IMG/VR virus record: IMGVR_UViG_3300042465_002836
Location: 1 to 58,220 of that record
Length of the DNA stretch: 58,220 nt
From: a virus
Taxonomy: Duplodnaviria; Caudoviricetes
Strand: one strand, 5' to 3'
Part shown: piece after piece, positions 28,512 through 37,032 of the stretch
Layout: each line of letters opens with the position of its first letter
How positions within the stretch are numbered: the stretch's first letter is position 1
Made by a program: the position numbers and the translations under genes
Notes under the pieces: generated by a model
The model's input: only the letters and a program-made list of their open reading frames with translations
Told to the model about the DNA's origin: nothing
The model's database searches: none

Positions 28512-28781
28512 TTATTCCTCCCGCATTCCGAGGGCGTGTGTGTACAGATCCAGCAGGGCCTCCTGCTCCTGACGCTCGGCCTTGTCGAGCTTCCGCAGGC
28601 GGATGATCTGGCGCAGGATCTTGGCGTCAAAGCCATCGCCCTTAGCTTCGGCGTAAACGTCGCGGATGTACCCGGCAATTTCAGCCTTCCGCTCCTCAAA
28701 GTTCTCAATGCGGAAGATGATGCCCTGAAGCTGCTCTGCAGCAATGCCCTGTGTCACGTCATAACTCCTCTGATCTTCCAT
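28512..28781 (-). CDS. gapR: GapR-like nucleoid protein (DUF2312)
   Basis: QL..II.RIE..EE.K......IRDVYAEAKG.GFD.KILRQII.LRK......E.EALLDLY..ALGM. Confidence 0.9.
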   Translation of the reverse strand: MEDQRSYDVTQGIAAEQLQGIIFRIENFEERKAEIAGYIRDVYAEAKGDGFDAKILRQIIRLRKLDKAERQEQEALLDLYTHALGMREE

Positions 28782-28802
28782 TGTGGCCTCCCTGTGCGGG
28801 GC

Positions 28803-29096
28803 TCAACGCCCCGCGTGGCACTCCGCAGCGCACTGCGCCGCTTCCCAGATGCTCTGGTAGTTGTGGGGCTCATATTCTTCGTCGTTGATCACGAAGGTTT
28901 CCGCGAGCGGCACATTGGTCGTACCTACATAGACCTGGCTCACCTCAACGTAGGTGTACCGGCTGCCGTCGTAATCGCGCTCTGGCCGCTCGCGGTATGT
29001 CACGCGAAACTTCATGAACTCCAGGTCGAGCATGACCTCGGCTGTGTCGAAGAAGCTTCCAAGCTGGGTATCTGTTGTCTCGCGTGCCATTTTCAT
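28803..29096 (-). CDS. Acidic hypothetical protein, first gene of the leftward early operon
   Basis: 97 aa, gggag RBS. Confidence 0.6.
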   Translation of the reverse strand: MKMARETTDTQLGSFFDTAEVMLDLEFMKFRVTYRERPERDYDGSRYTYVEVSQVYVGTTNVPLAETFVINDEEYEPHNYQSIWEAAQCAAECHAGR

Positions 29097-29117
29097 ATCT
29101 CCCGTCCAACTGAAAAA

Positions 29118-29207
29118 AGATTACCGCAGACAATCACGGACGGTCAACGACAAAAATCATTTTTCTTAAAAAAAATCTTGCACCTCTCCCGGCAGTGATG
29201 GCAGGGT
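29118..29207. promoter_or_regulatory. Divergent promoter region 1
   Basis: Minus strand TTGACC-N18-TAATCT (29147 to 29118); A/T tract; plus strand TTGCAC at 29178. Confidence 0.55.
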
Positions 29208-29231
29208 GGGTCATCAGCAAGGAGGTGACTG

Positions 29232-29723
29232 ATGCAAAAACGATCTGCTGCCCAGATCAAGCAGCTTGCAGATAACCGAAGGAAGGTCTTTGCCTTGGTG
29301 TCTGAGATTGCCGCAGCGCACGAACGCTGCCCGACAGACAGGACGCTGGCCGCGCGTATTGGGCTGTCCAAAAGTTCGTTTGCCAGATGCATCTTGGCAT
29401 TATCGCGCGACGGCAAGATCTCGTCTGAGAAAGTCGGGCCGTGCCGGGTGATCACGATCATGGCGACGGGCCAGAAGACCGCCGCGCACTGCAAAGAGAA
29501 TGCCCCCAAGCGGGAGCAGAAAGCTCCTCGCCCCCCGGCATCCAAGCTTGTGCCAGAGGTTGCCAACCGCGCCATGATGGCGCTGCGGGCTCGGGGGATT
29601 GTCTGCTACGCAGAACGCATTAGCGAGGCCAAGACTGATCTCACGGGCGATTATGTCGTGGGCAAGGAAGTCATCACCCTGGAGGACTTGAAAGCTCGAG
29701 CCGAGCGGAGGATTGCAGCATGA
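29232..29723 (+). CDS. Winged-HTH (LexA-N-like) DNA-binding protein
   Basis: CPT.R.LA.RIGLSKS......L..L...G.I; aaggaggt RBS. Confidence 0.6.
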   Translation: MQKRSAAQIKQLADNRRKVFALVSEIAAAHERCPTDRTLAARIGLSKSSFARCILALSRDGKISSEKVGPCRVITIMATGQKTAAHCKENAPKREQKAPRPPASKLVPEVANRAMMALRARGIVCYAERISEAKTDLTGDYVVGKEVITLEDLKARAERRIAA

Positions 29724-30064
29724 TTTCCCGTCGCAAGGCGCCCAAGGCTGGCATCAGGAAGCCAGCCCAGCTTAGGTCTCCAGCCCACCTCCAATGGGTC
29801 AGGGGCCACATCTGTGCTGTGGATAGCGACCAGTGCCAGGGTGGCATTGAAGCTGCCCACGTCAGGCTTGGCACGGACGGCGGGATGGCGGTGAAGCCAT
29901 CAGACCACTACGTCATCCCCCTGTGCCACTACCACCACGACCAGCAGCACCGGCTCGGCGAGAAGTCGTTCGCCATGCTGCAATTCATTGACCCTTTGAA
30001 GATCGCCAATGAACTTGCCAGCCGATCCCCGGCATTGGCAAAGCTCAGACATGAGGAGAATTGA
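29720..30064 (+). CDS. DUF968-like Zn/HNH-type putative nuclease
   Basis: RS..HL.WVR...C, EAAHVR.G..GG...KPSD...IPLC..HH..QH. Confidence 0.75.
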   Translation: MISRRKAPKAGIRKPAQLRSPAHLQWVRGHICAVDSDQCQGGIEAAHVRLGTDGGMAVKPSDHYVIPLCHYHHDQQHRLGEKSFAMLQFIDPLKIANELASRSPALAKLRHEEN

Positions 30065-30065
30065 G

Positions 30066-30920
30066 ATGATTGTTCGCGTTAATCAGGAGCCAAAAGTGTG
30101 GCTGAACAACATGATTTCCCGTGGGAAGAGAGAATTCTTCAATCTTCCTAGCCCGATCATGATTACGCCGGAAATTGCCGAGGCAATGCTTGAGTGCAAC
30201 TTGCCGGGCAATCGCACTATTCGCACGGCGAAGATCGACGCCTATGTCCAGGCCATGCAGAACGGCGAGTGGCGCGTCACCGCCCAGGGCATCTCGTTTA
30301 CTTGTGAAGGGTATCTGGACAACGGCCAGCACAGGTTGACGGCTGTGATCGCCAGCGGCTGCGAGGTGCCCATGAGCGTCTCTTTCGGGCAGACGGCTGA
30401 TGCCTACCCGACACTGGACAGCGGCAGCGCAAGGACCGCGGGCGACGTGCTTCGGTATCATGGCCTGCCCATGGCGACCCTGCTGGCCGCCACTGCGGGT
30501 CGCGTGGAGACCGTGATTGTCGGCTCAACCGTCAAGCGCGCCAGGCGCTTCTCCCATCAGGAGATCCTGGAGATGGTCGAGCGCCGCCCGATGCTTGTGG
30601 AGGCTTGCCGTCAGGTCAGCAGGATCAAGAAGCTGGGCGGCAGCCCCTCGGCAATCGCGTGCGGGCTGTATTTCTGTTTGCTGCAAAACGAAACTGCGAC
30701 CATTGAGATGGTGGACCGACTGGTGGACGGTATCGGTCTAGGATGGGACAGCCCCATCCGGGTGATGCGCGAGGCGCTGATCGGGCGCAAGTATGCCAAC
30801 AGCGAAGAGGGGCAGTTCGGACTGAGCGCCGACGTGGTCAATACCTTCCTCGCGTGGCGCAAGGGCCAGAAGCGGCGGGCCAAGTGGTCGCAGGGTCAGC
30901 CGTTCCCGCTGGCGCAGTGA
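30066..30920 (+). CDS. ParB/DGQHR-like N-terminal domain protein
   Basis: NR.I....I..Y...M..GEW, G.L.NGQHRL.AV. Confidence 0.7.
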   Translation: MIVRVNQEPKVWLNNMISRGKREFFNLPSPIMITPEIAEAMLECNLPGNRTIRTAKIDAYVQAMQNGEWRVTAQGISFTCEGYLDNGQHRLTAVIASGCEVPMSVSFGQTADAYPTLDSGSARTAGDVLRYHGLPMATLLAATAGRVETVIVGSTVKRARRFSHQEILEMVERRPMLVEACRQVSRIKKLGGSPSAIACGLYFCLLQNETATIEMVDRLVDGIGLGWDSPIRVMREALIGRKYANSEEGQFGLSADVVNTFLAWRKGQKRRAKWSQGQPFPLAQ

Positions 30921-30930
30921 TGGGCGAACG

Positions 30931-30950
30931 GTCGGGGCTTCGGCCCCGGC
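30931..30950 (+). terminator. cUUCGg hairpin
   Basis: gtcggggc-ttcg-gccccggc. Confidence 0.45.
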
Positions 30951-30987
30951 CCCTCTGCGGCATGGAATTATTGTGATGGAGATCCGA

Positions 30988-31824
30988 ATGGCCGCGCTAC
31001 CATACATGCCGCTCTTTGTGGCTGACTACATGGCCGACACCGCGCACCTGACCACCAGGGAGCACGGGGCGTACCTTTTGCTGATCATGACCTACTGGCA
31101 GCGCGGAAAAGCCCTGCCGGCAGACACCGTCAAGTTGGCCCGAATAACGCGCCTCAACAAGCGTGAGTTCGATGTGGTATGGCAAAGTCTGCAAGGCTTC
31201 TTCGTTATAGCCGGTGCGGACCTTGTCCACGGTCGCGTCGAGCATGAATTGCAGCGCGTGCGTGATAAGTCATTGAAAGCAAAGGAGTCAGCCCTAGCGA
31301 ACGCTAGGCGGACGCCCAGCGAACGCTCAACGAACGCTCAACGAACGCCAAGCGAATGCCCAGCGGACGCAGAGCGTACGCCCAGCTATACAGATACAGA
31401 TACAGATACAGATACAAGTATAGCTATTACCCCTAAAGGGGTAACCCCGAATAAGGACAGCCTGGACGCTGCCATCGGCGCTTGGAACGGCATGGCTCTG
31501 GACACTGGGTTGTCAGTGGTCCAGCGCATGACGGAGCCTAGGAGGCGGACCCTGCGCGCCAGGCTTGCTGATGTCGGGGGCTTGGAGGGTTGGGCGCATC
31601 TGATTGACAGGGTCCGGGAGAGCCCGTTCCTGACCGGCTCAAACGACCGCGGGTGGCGAGCCGACTTTGACTTCGTCTGCAAAGAAGCAAACTTTACGAA
31701 AATCTTGGAGGGACGCTATGACCGGAAAGAACAGCTTAGTGCCGCGCAACGCGCCGCCAAACGAATACTCGTCGAAGAAGCTGACGATGTTGCTGGCGAG
31801 ATATTCAAATCACTTCCGTTCTGA
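30988..31824 (+). CDS. Replication initiator (DUF1376/YdaU family, lambda O-like)
   Basis: LPYMPLFVADY.ADT.HL...EHGAYLLL...YW; C-term FL.G.N.RGW.ADFDF......F.KILEG.Y. Confidence 0.88.
   Translation: MAALPYMPLFVADYMADTAHLTTREHGAYLLLIMTYWQRGKALPADTVKLARITRLNKREFDVVWQSLQGFFVIAGADLVHGRVEHELQRVRDKSLKAKESALANARRTPSERSTNAQRTPSECPADAERTPSYTDTDTDTDTSIAITPKGVTPNKDSLDAAIGAWNGMALDTGLSVVQRMTEPRRRTLRARLADVGGLEGWAHLIDRVRESPFLTGSNDRGWRADFDFVCKEANFTKILEGRYDRKEQLSAAQRAAKRILVEEADDVAGEIFKSLPF
31297..31418. repeat. Iteron array (putative replication origin): eight 11-bp tandem repeats plus (TACAGA)4
   Basis: Consensus RCGAACGCYCA at 31297-31384, then tacaga repeats at 31389-31418, inside the initiator gene. Confidence 0.75.
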
Positions 31825-32314
31825 ACGGTCGGAGGACGAGTGGGCCGCACTGTTCAAGGATTACGTCAGGCTGCTGGCAGATGTTCCATACGAATTGGTT
31901 GAGAAGGCTTGCCTTAATCTCTGGCGCACCAAAACTTGGTATCCCAAGGTGGCTGAAATCAGGGAGGAGGCCGAGCGCCTCGCCAAGGCGCAGCACGTCC
32001 AGACGCAGGAGGGCGTCGAGCCGCTCCACGTCAGGCTGGACAAGGAGAGCAAGACCTGGGCGAAGAGCTTCATGCAGGGCGATCTGGGCCGTCAGGCTCG
32101 GGCCGAGGGCTGGGGCGATCTGCTCTCCGGGTGGATCTGCCAGCTTGCCTATCGGGCGCTCTCCAAGGCCCACCTGGAGGGTGGAGAGGCCCGGATGCCG
32201 ACCAGCGTGCCGACCGAAGTGATTGAGCGATACCGCAAGATGCGCCCGCCCTTGGTCAAGCAGGAGGGCAGCCAGTTCGATGCGCTGGCCGCCCGTGCCA
32301 AGAGCATGGTCTAG
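31718..32314 (+). CDS. Putative helicase loader/replication protein
   Basis: Y...L.DVP...V..AC......KTWYPKVAEIRE; follows the initiator. Confidence 0.55.
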   Translation: MTGKNSLVPRNAPPNEYSSKKLTMLLARYSNHFRSERSEDEWAALFKDYVRLLADVPYELVEKACLNLWRTKTWYPKVAEIREEAERLAKAQHVQTQEGVEPLHVRLDKESKTWAKSFMQGDLGRQARAEGWGDLLSGWICQLAYRALSKAHLEGGEARMPTSVPTEVIERYRKMRPPLVKQEGSQFDALAARAKSMV

Positions 32315-32333
32315 GATGACCCTGGAGGGCAAA

Positions 32334-32371
32334 GAGAGGGGCGGCGCGGGAAAGTCCTCGGCCGCCCCTCT
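32334..32371. terminator. Hairpin between convergent operons
   Basis: agaggggcgg...ccgcccctct. Confidence 0.55.
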
Positions 32372-32386
32372 GAAGCCTCCACTGGC

Positions 32387-32557
32387 CTACTCAGGCTCGT
32401 CAGGCGGCTCGACCACGACCGGATCAATCCAGTCTGCCGCATGGACCATCAGATCAGCGTAGATCCGGGCCGTCTTTGGGGTCATGGCCAGGGTAATGCC
32501 CTCGACCACTAGTATCACCTTGTCGTTGACGAACCCCACGCCGATGGTCTTGGTCAA
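32387..32557 (-). CDS. Small hypothetical protein (56 aa, TTG start, not in track)
   Basis: Hand translation TKTIGVGFVNDKVILVVEG...; ggagg RBS. Confidence 0.5.
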   Translation of the reverse strand: MTKTIGVGFVNDKVILVVEGITLAMTPKTARIYADLMVHAADWIDPVVVEPPDEPE

Positions 32558-32811
32558 TGGACGCCTCCCGCGGTCGGCATTTGGGCCAAGATGCTGGCGC
32601 TCCGGTCGTGGATCTCCTGCTGCGCCGACGCGATGTCCGCGCTCATGGTCTCAATGGTCACGACCGGGTCAAGCAAAGCGCACGTCAGATATTCTGACAG
32701 CCAGTCCATGAATTCGCCGAAGTTGGCATGGGCCAGGGCCATGACGCCCAGCAGGGTGCGGACGTTCTCCAACAGTTCAAGCTGGTCAACCTCATTGTTC
32801 TCGTTAAGCAT
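32554..32811 (-). CDS. Hypothetical protein
   Basis: 85 aa from ATG 32811. Confidence 0.55.
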   Translation of the reverse strand: MLNENNEVDQLELLENVRTLLGVMALAHANFGEFMDWLSEYLTCALLDPVVTIETMSADIASAQQEIHDRSASILAQMPTAGGVH

Positions 32812-32986
32812 CTGTCTGCTCCATGTTGAGGATGGTGATGACGGCCTTGGGTATCCGGTGCCTACCGGCCAGCCAGCGGTACACCGTGCGCTCAGTGACG
32901 CCGAACTGGTCGGCAATGGCGGCGACGGTCACCCGTGGCGCCGCCAAGGCCCGCACCAGCGTGGCATGGTCAGCCTCTCTGGTCAT
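32804..32986 (-). CDS. Small HTH regulator (Aca-like)
   Basis: IADQFGVTERTVYRWLAG...IP.AV. Confidence 0.75.
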   Translation of the reverse strand: MTREADHATLVRALAAPRVTVAAIADQFGVTERTVYRWLAGRHRIPKAVITILNMEQTDA

Positions 32987-33258
32987 ATGATGGCCTTCTC
33001 AATGACGGCCAAGGCGCACAGACGGTACGCCCTTTCGCTGACAGCCCGCCCATTCTTCACGGGGACATTTGGGTAGAGGGCGCCGAACATCCGGCCCCGC
33101 TCATAGTCCCATGTGATGTCGATGCTTTTGGGCCACGGCACGCCGATACGCCCATCGGCCACGCCTGCAGCGAATTCTTGGCCCGACATGATCTTGCGGA
33201 GGCTGCCAGCGCGCACGGCAAACTGCTGGTGGGGCTTTTTGACTGGTTCTTTTTTCAT
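32983..33258 (-). CDS. Hypothetical protein
   Basis: 91 aa, WDYERGR motif. Confidence 0.6.
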   Translation of the reverse strand: MKKEPVKKPHQQFAVRAGSLRKIMSGQEFAAGVADGRIGVPWPKSIDITWDYERGRMFGALYPNVPVKNGRAVSERAYRLCALAVIEKAII

Positions 33259-33470
33259 TGTGCGTCCCTATCCCCGTCAAGGATCTCATCAGCGTAGCGG
33301 CCCATGGCGGCATCAAGGATAGCCTCGGCCTCCATGGCGTAGGTGTGCAGCTTGGCCGCCAGATCGGCGGGCGCTCCAGCCTCCACCGCCCGATCATAGA
33401 ACGAGGTGGCAAAAAGATCCTCGCGGAGGGCGTCCAGCAGGGCGCGTTCAATGTCGGTGCATTCAGCCAT
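33255..33470 (-). CDS. Small acidic hypothetical protein
   Basis: 71 aa from ATG 33470, aaggag RBS. Confidence 0.6.
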   Translation of the reverse strand: MAECTDIERALLDALREDLFATSFYDRAVEAGAPADLAAKLHTYAMEAEAILDAAMGRYADEILDGDRDAQ

Positions 33471-33702
33471 TTTCAGTCTCCTTCTGCGCGTCAAGGCGGT
33501 CCTGATAGAACGGAACGAAAATGTCTTCGATGAGGGCAAGAGCCTCGGGGTTGAGGCGGGCAAGCTCCTCGACGATGTGCTCAAAAGCGGCAGCCTTGCG
33601 TGCAGCGATGTAGCGATCCTCGGTCTCGATGCTGCGAATGGAAGCATCAACGAGGGCGGTGAAGGCGCGGGCGCGAATGGTGCGTTCTGCAAAAGTGGTC
33701 AT
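33463..33702 (-). CDS. Small hypothetical protein
   Basis: 79 aa, aggag RBS. Confidence 0.6.
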   Translation of the reverse strand: MTTFAERTIRARAFTALVDASIRSIETEDRYIAARKAAAFEHIVEELARLNPEALALIEDIFVPFYQDRLDAQKETENG

Positions 33703-33752
33703 GTCAGGTCTCCTAGGGCGGGGTGGTGGGGGCCGCAGCCCCCTTGGGTTGA

Positions 33753-34019
33753 TTAGGCTGCGACCTTGGCCTTGACGCGGATCGTCTCGACCAGCGCGAC
33801 CTTGGTGTTGGCCGCAATCTGCTCGGCGGTCAGCAGCGCCTTGACGGCAGTGGTGTCGAGCGAGGTGCGCTCGGACAGGGACAGGGTCACGGTGCAGAAG
33901 TCGCCTTCGATGACCGGCAGGCCAAGCGCCTTGATGTCCTTCTTGACGGCGTCAAGCTGGGCGGTGAGGGCGTCGATCTGGTTCTTGAGGGCGGCGTAGG
34001 TATCAGCGAGGTTGGTCAT
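33753..34019 (-). CDS. Small hypothetical protein (coiled coil plus beta region)
   Basis: 88 aa from ATG 34019; strongly biased codons. Confidence 0.65.
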   Translation of the reverse strand: MTNLADTYAALKNQIDALTAQLDAVKKDIKALGLPVIEGDFCTVTLSLSERTSLDTTAVKALLTAEQIAANTKVALVETIRVKAKVAA

Positions 34020-34061
34020 GGCGTTTTGTCCTATCATGGGGCGCCGCAGCGCGTGAGATGG

Positions 34062-34135
34062 AATATGGACCATGACGTTATGTCATGCAATAGGGAAAAT
34101 GATCTTTTTGCAAAAAAAAGCTCGCGGTGTATGAT
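34062..34135. promoter_or_regulatory. Divergent promoter region 2 with palindromic operator
   Basis: Minus strand TTGCAT-N17-CATATT; CATGAC-gttat-GTCATG at 34071-34087; plus strand TTGCAA...TATGAT. Confidence 0.65.
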
Positions 34136-34156
34136 TATTTTCCAGGAGGCACAGTT

Positions 34157-34387
34157 ATGGCTCGCATCAACACTCAATCTGAGGCCAGGCGCCTTAACGA
34201 CATACATGCTGCATGGAGGGTGGTCGCCCGCCAGACGCCAGGGCACGCGTGGCAATGGACGCTGCCGAATAAAGACGTGTCAGCCTTCCAGTCGCGCCGG
34301 GACCGGCTGGAGATTGCCACCGTCCAGCGCCGCGACCAAGGTGAGATTGTCCTGTTAGCGCGCACCAGCATGACCTATCGAGGCTGA
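34157..34387 (+). CDS. Hypothetical protein
   Basis: 76 aa, aggagg RBS. Confidence 0.55.
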   Translation: MARINTQSEARRLNDIHAAWRVVARQTPGHAWQWTLPNKDVSAFQSRRDRLEIATVQRRDQGEIVLLARTSMTYRG

Positions 34388-34388
34388 C

Positions 34389-34868
34389 GTGATCGTCGGA
34401 ATTGATCCAGGGTACAAAGGCGCCATTGCCTGGCTCAGTGATGATGGTGTGCTGGTGGATGTCGTGGACATGCCCATAGCCAAGTACCGGGGCAAAACCC
34501 GGATCGTCGCGCCCGAGGTCGCCAGGCTCCTCGACGTTCGGTCGGTCGAGACGGCGATGGTGATCATTGAGGCCACGGGCGCTCGGCCTGGGCAGGGCGT
34601 CACCTCAATGTACAACTTTGGCTTTGGCTGCGGCATCATGGAGGGCATCTGCGCGGCGATGTTCCTGCCCTATTTCTATGTGGCGCCACAGACCTGGAAG
34701 CGGCAGATGGGCGTGGGGGCCGACAAAACGGCCTGTCGGGAGATGGCCCAAAAGCTTTGGCCTGGAGCCGCGCATCAGTTCCGGCGGGTGAAGGACGACG
34801 GCAGGGCTGACGCCGCCCTCCTTGCCCGGTGGGCGGTTACTGATCTATCCCGAGCAACAGGTCGCTGA
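34389..34868 (+). CDS. RuvC-like Holliday junction resolvase
   Basis: IVGIDPG..GAIA, IIE, PGQGV.SM..FG...G, P..WK, DGRADAALLA. Confidence 0.88.
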   Translation: MIVGIDPGYKGAIAWLSDDGVLVDVVDMPIAKYRGKTRIVAPEVARLLDVRSVETAMVIIEATGARPGQGVTSMYNFGFGCGIMEGICAAMFLPYFYVAPQTWKRQMGVGADKTACREMAQKLWPGAAHQFRRVKDDGRADAALLARWAVTDLSRATGR

Positions 34869-35013
34869 TCGCGTCTATAACCGCTGAGAGATGACCCAGG
34901 GCGGCGTTGAGGTACTCATCATCGCCGGGGCTATTGCACCAGGCAACCGCGCCCTCAAGGTCGCGCAGAAGCCCGCTAGCGCGAAGCTTCTCAAGGGTAG
35001 CCTCATCCCACAT
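34837..35013 (-). CDS. Small hypothetical protein (58 aa, not in track)
   Basis: Hand translation MWDEATLEKLRASGLLRDLEG... Confidence 0.45.
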   Translation of the reverse strand: MWDEATLEKLRASGLLRDLEGAVAWCNSPGDDEYLNAALGHLSAVIDAISDLLLGIDQ

Positions 35014-35278
35014 CACGACTGGCGTCCTCGCGCATGGCGTTGACCATCAGGGTCGCGTAGCCGACGATGTCCACGCCATTATCAATGTACGTCACGTCGC
35101 CGTTCAGCATCCGACCAATTTTGTGGGCGATTAACTCCAGAGCCTCCCGCTGGGCGTCCGTCAGAAGCGCCCAGTTAGGTGAGGCCATCATCACCCGCTT
35201 GATGCCCTGACTGATGGCCGCATGGTCCGGGAACGCCCCGTAGCGGTTGCCGCGCTCGGCCAAGATTTTTTCAATCAT
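35003..35278 (-). CDS. DUF6378-like protein
   Basis: IL.ERG.RYG.F, EAL..I.HKI.R.L.GD..Y.D...DI.GYA.L. Confidence 0.75.
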   Translation of the reverse strand: MIEKILAERGNRYGAFPDHAAISQGIKRVMMASPNWALLTDAQREALELIAHKIGRMLNGDVTYIDNGVDIVGYATLMVNAMREDASRDVG

Positions 35279-35483
35279 TAGTGCGGTCCTTCGGTGTCGA
35301 GATCGGGATCAGGTGGGGGTAAAGCTGCCAGGCTTCTAGCAGAAGCTCGACCGCCACGGGGATCGTGCTTGTGCCGGCCAGCCAGCGGCGCAGCGTCCTC
35401 AGATCCACACCCAGGCAGAGGGCTGCCTGAGTGCGGTTGAGCAGGAGGCCCCGGAGGGTCAGGTCCAGTTCGCTGGCGATCAT
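35271..35483 (-). CDS. Small HTH regulator (Aca2/DUF1870-like architecture)
   Basis: QAA.CLGVDLRTLRRWLAG...IPVAVELLL; ATGA-coupled to the upstream gene. Confidence 0.75.
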   Translation of the reverse strand: MIASELDLTLRGLLLNRTQAALCLGVDLRTLRRWLAGTSTIPVAVELLLEAWQLYPHLIPISTPKDRTND

Positions 35484-35632
35484 CCGATCAGCGCCCGGAA
35501 CAACACTGCCCAGATGAGGATCGCGCCCCAAAAGGCAAGCAGGGTGAAAAACTCTGCGATAGCCAGCAGGATCTCACGGCGGTGCGGCAGGATCTCGCGG
35601 CGGCGTGGCGGGATGTAAATCGGCTTTTTCAT
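35480..35632 (-). CDS. Small membrane protein (50 aa, not in track)
   Basis: MKKPIYIPPRRREILPHRREILLAIAEFFTLLAFWGAILIWAVLFRALIG*; stop overlaps the HTH start. Confidence 0.55.
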   Translation of the reverse strand: MKKPIYIPPRRREILPHRREILLAIAEFFTLLAFWGAILIWAVLFRALIG

Positions 35633-35683
35633 GTCATTTAAATCCATAGGTTGATGGGGGAGGGGTCGCCTCCCCCGCGGGGT

Positions 35684-35908
35684 TCACTTTGAGCGATAGA
35701 CGGTGCGCCCGTCCAGTTCCCAGACTTTCTCCCACGCGAACCTTTCGGGGTCGGCGGGCTTGCGACCCTTCGGGGGGCAGCAGAAGTAGTGGTTGCCGCA
35801 GACATAGACGGTGGGCCTGTACCACTGGTAGCGACCCTCGGACACCTCTGCCATGTCGTAGCAGAGGTGGGTTGCGATGATTTCGGGTGCGGACTTTGCC
35901 ATGATCAT
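35684..35908 (-). CDS. Small hypothetical early protein
   Basis: 74 aa, gagga RBS. Confidence 0.6.
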   Translation of the reverse strand: MIMAKSAPEIIATHLCYDMAEVSEGRYQWYRPTVYVCGNHYFCCPPKGRKPADPERFAWEKVWELDGRTVYRSK

Positions 35909-35914
35909 ATCCTC

Positions 35915-36106
35915 TCAGAAGTTCCAAGGGCGGGCGTTGTATTCCTTGGCGATGCGGCGAGCCTCAACCTTGCCGCTCACTTCGATCTCAGCGATGCGGT
36001 TGGCAAAGGTGATGTCGCTGTTGCGGCCAATGATTACGCCCTTTTTCTTGCGGCTGGCGTAATAGTGGGCCGTGAGGCCATCGTAGGTATTGAGTGCTGC
36101 GTTCAT
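35915..36106 (-). CDS. Small hypothetical early protein
   Basis: 63 aa, VSGK.EARR.A..Y.A.PWNF; ggag RBS. Confidence 0.65.
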   Translation of the reverse strand: MNAALNTYDGLTAHYYASRKKKGVIIGRNSDITFANRIAEIEVSGKVEARRIAKEYNARPWNF

Positions 36107-36274
36107 ATCGTGTCTCCAGGCCGGTCAGCGCCGGTAGACAGAAGATGGGGCAAAACGCCCTCCCGGTCAACAGGAAAATGAGATAAAATTTTCTGAATTA
36201 TTTTATTGACCCAGGGGGCAAAACGCCCTACTTTCTGTCTCAAGGCAATGACGCCGCACCGGAGACACGAAATG
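36104..36274. promoter_or_regulatory. Divergent promoter region 3: mirrored promoter-operator-RBS units
   Basis: TTGACC-N17-CATCTT (minus) and TTGACC-N17-TACTTT (plus); GGGGCAAAACGCCCT at 36147-36161 and 36215-36229. Confidence 0.8.
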
Positions 36275-36664
36275 ACCCGCCACGATCCCGAGAACATCAC
36301 CCACTACTACGCCAGTAGCCTTCGCGGCGTTGATGTCCGCTCTGACCTCGTCTGGTGCGGTTCAGACCCGGAACTGGCCGACTACGACAATCCCAAGGGC
36401 GAGATCTGGCGCGTCCGCTACTACGTTGAGATCATCACTTCGGCGTGCCCCTATGAGGGTGTCCGCTTCCGCCATCACCACGCATTTGAGGATCAGGCCG
36501 CCGCTGAACGTTTGGCTGATCGCGTCCTTAAGGCCGTCCTTGATGACCGGCTTCCGAACCCCAAGCACTGGTCCTTCTCCGGCCACCTCTATGGCTCTGA
36601 TGCTTACCAGCGCCTTGGCGGCGAGCAAGATCTGGTTTCGTGGGAGGCTGACCGTCCTTGGTAA
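36272..36664 (+). CDS. Hypothetical early protein
   Basis: 130 aa, YGSDAYQ motif; ggag RBS. Confidence 0.65.
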   Translation: MTRHDPENITHYYASSLRGVDVRSDLVWCGSDPELADYDNPKGEIWRVRYYVEIITSACPYEGVRFRHHHAFEDQAAAERLADRVLKAVLDDRLPNPKHWSFSGHLYGSDAYQRLGGEQDLVSWEADRPW

Positions 36665-36724
36665 GGGCGGTCTATTGGCCCCCCTCAAAATCCAAAATAA
36701 CCCCCTATTATCTGGAGATATGAC

Positions 36725-37006
36725 ATGACCTACGCCAAAGCCTTTCCATCCTTTCCCGCCGATGCCATGCCCGCCCTTCCCGCAGGGTTCTATGACGGTA
36801 GCTATCGCAACGATGTTTGCCCGCGCTTCATCAGCAATGATGATCGCGTGTCCATCTGGATTGATTTCCCGGACCCGGATGACCGCGAGTATTGCCTGAT
36901 GCACCAGTATCGCGTCACCCTCGCCAGCATCGACGATGACATTGTGCTGGAGACAGACGATTGGGCGGAAGCCCTTGATGCCGCCATTACGCTCGCAAAC
37001 GGTTAA
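36725..37006 (+). CDS. Small acidic hypothetical early protein
   Basis: 93 aa, D.SY.ND.CP.F motif. Confidence 0.65.
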   Translation: MTYAKAFPSFPADAMPALPAGFYDGSYRNDVCPRFISNDDRVSIWIDFPDPDDREYCLMHQYRVTLASIDDDIVLETDDWAEALDAAITLANG

Positions 37007-37032
37007 CCGCCCCCTATCATTGGAGATATGAA

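Noticed and set aside
31297-31418. Tandem repeats as a CRISPR array
   Set aside because: The 11-bp and 6-bp units have no spacers and lie inside the initiator gene; there are no cas genes
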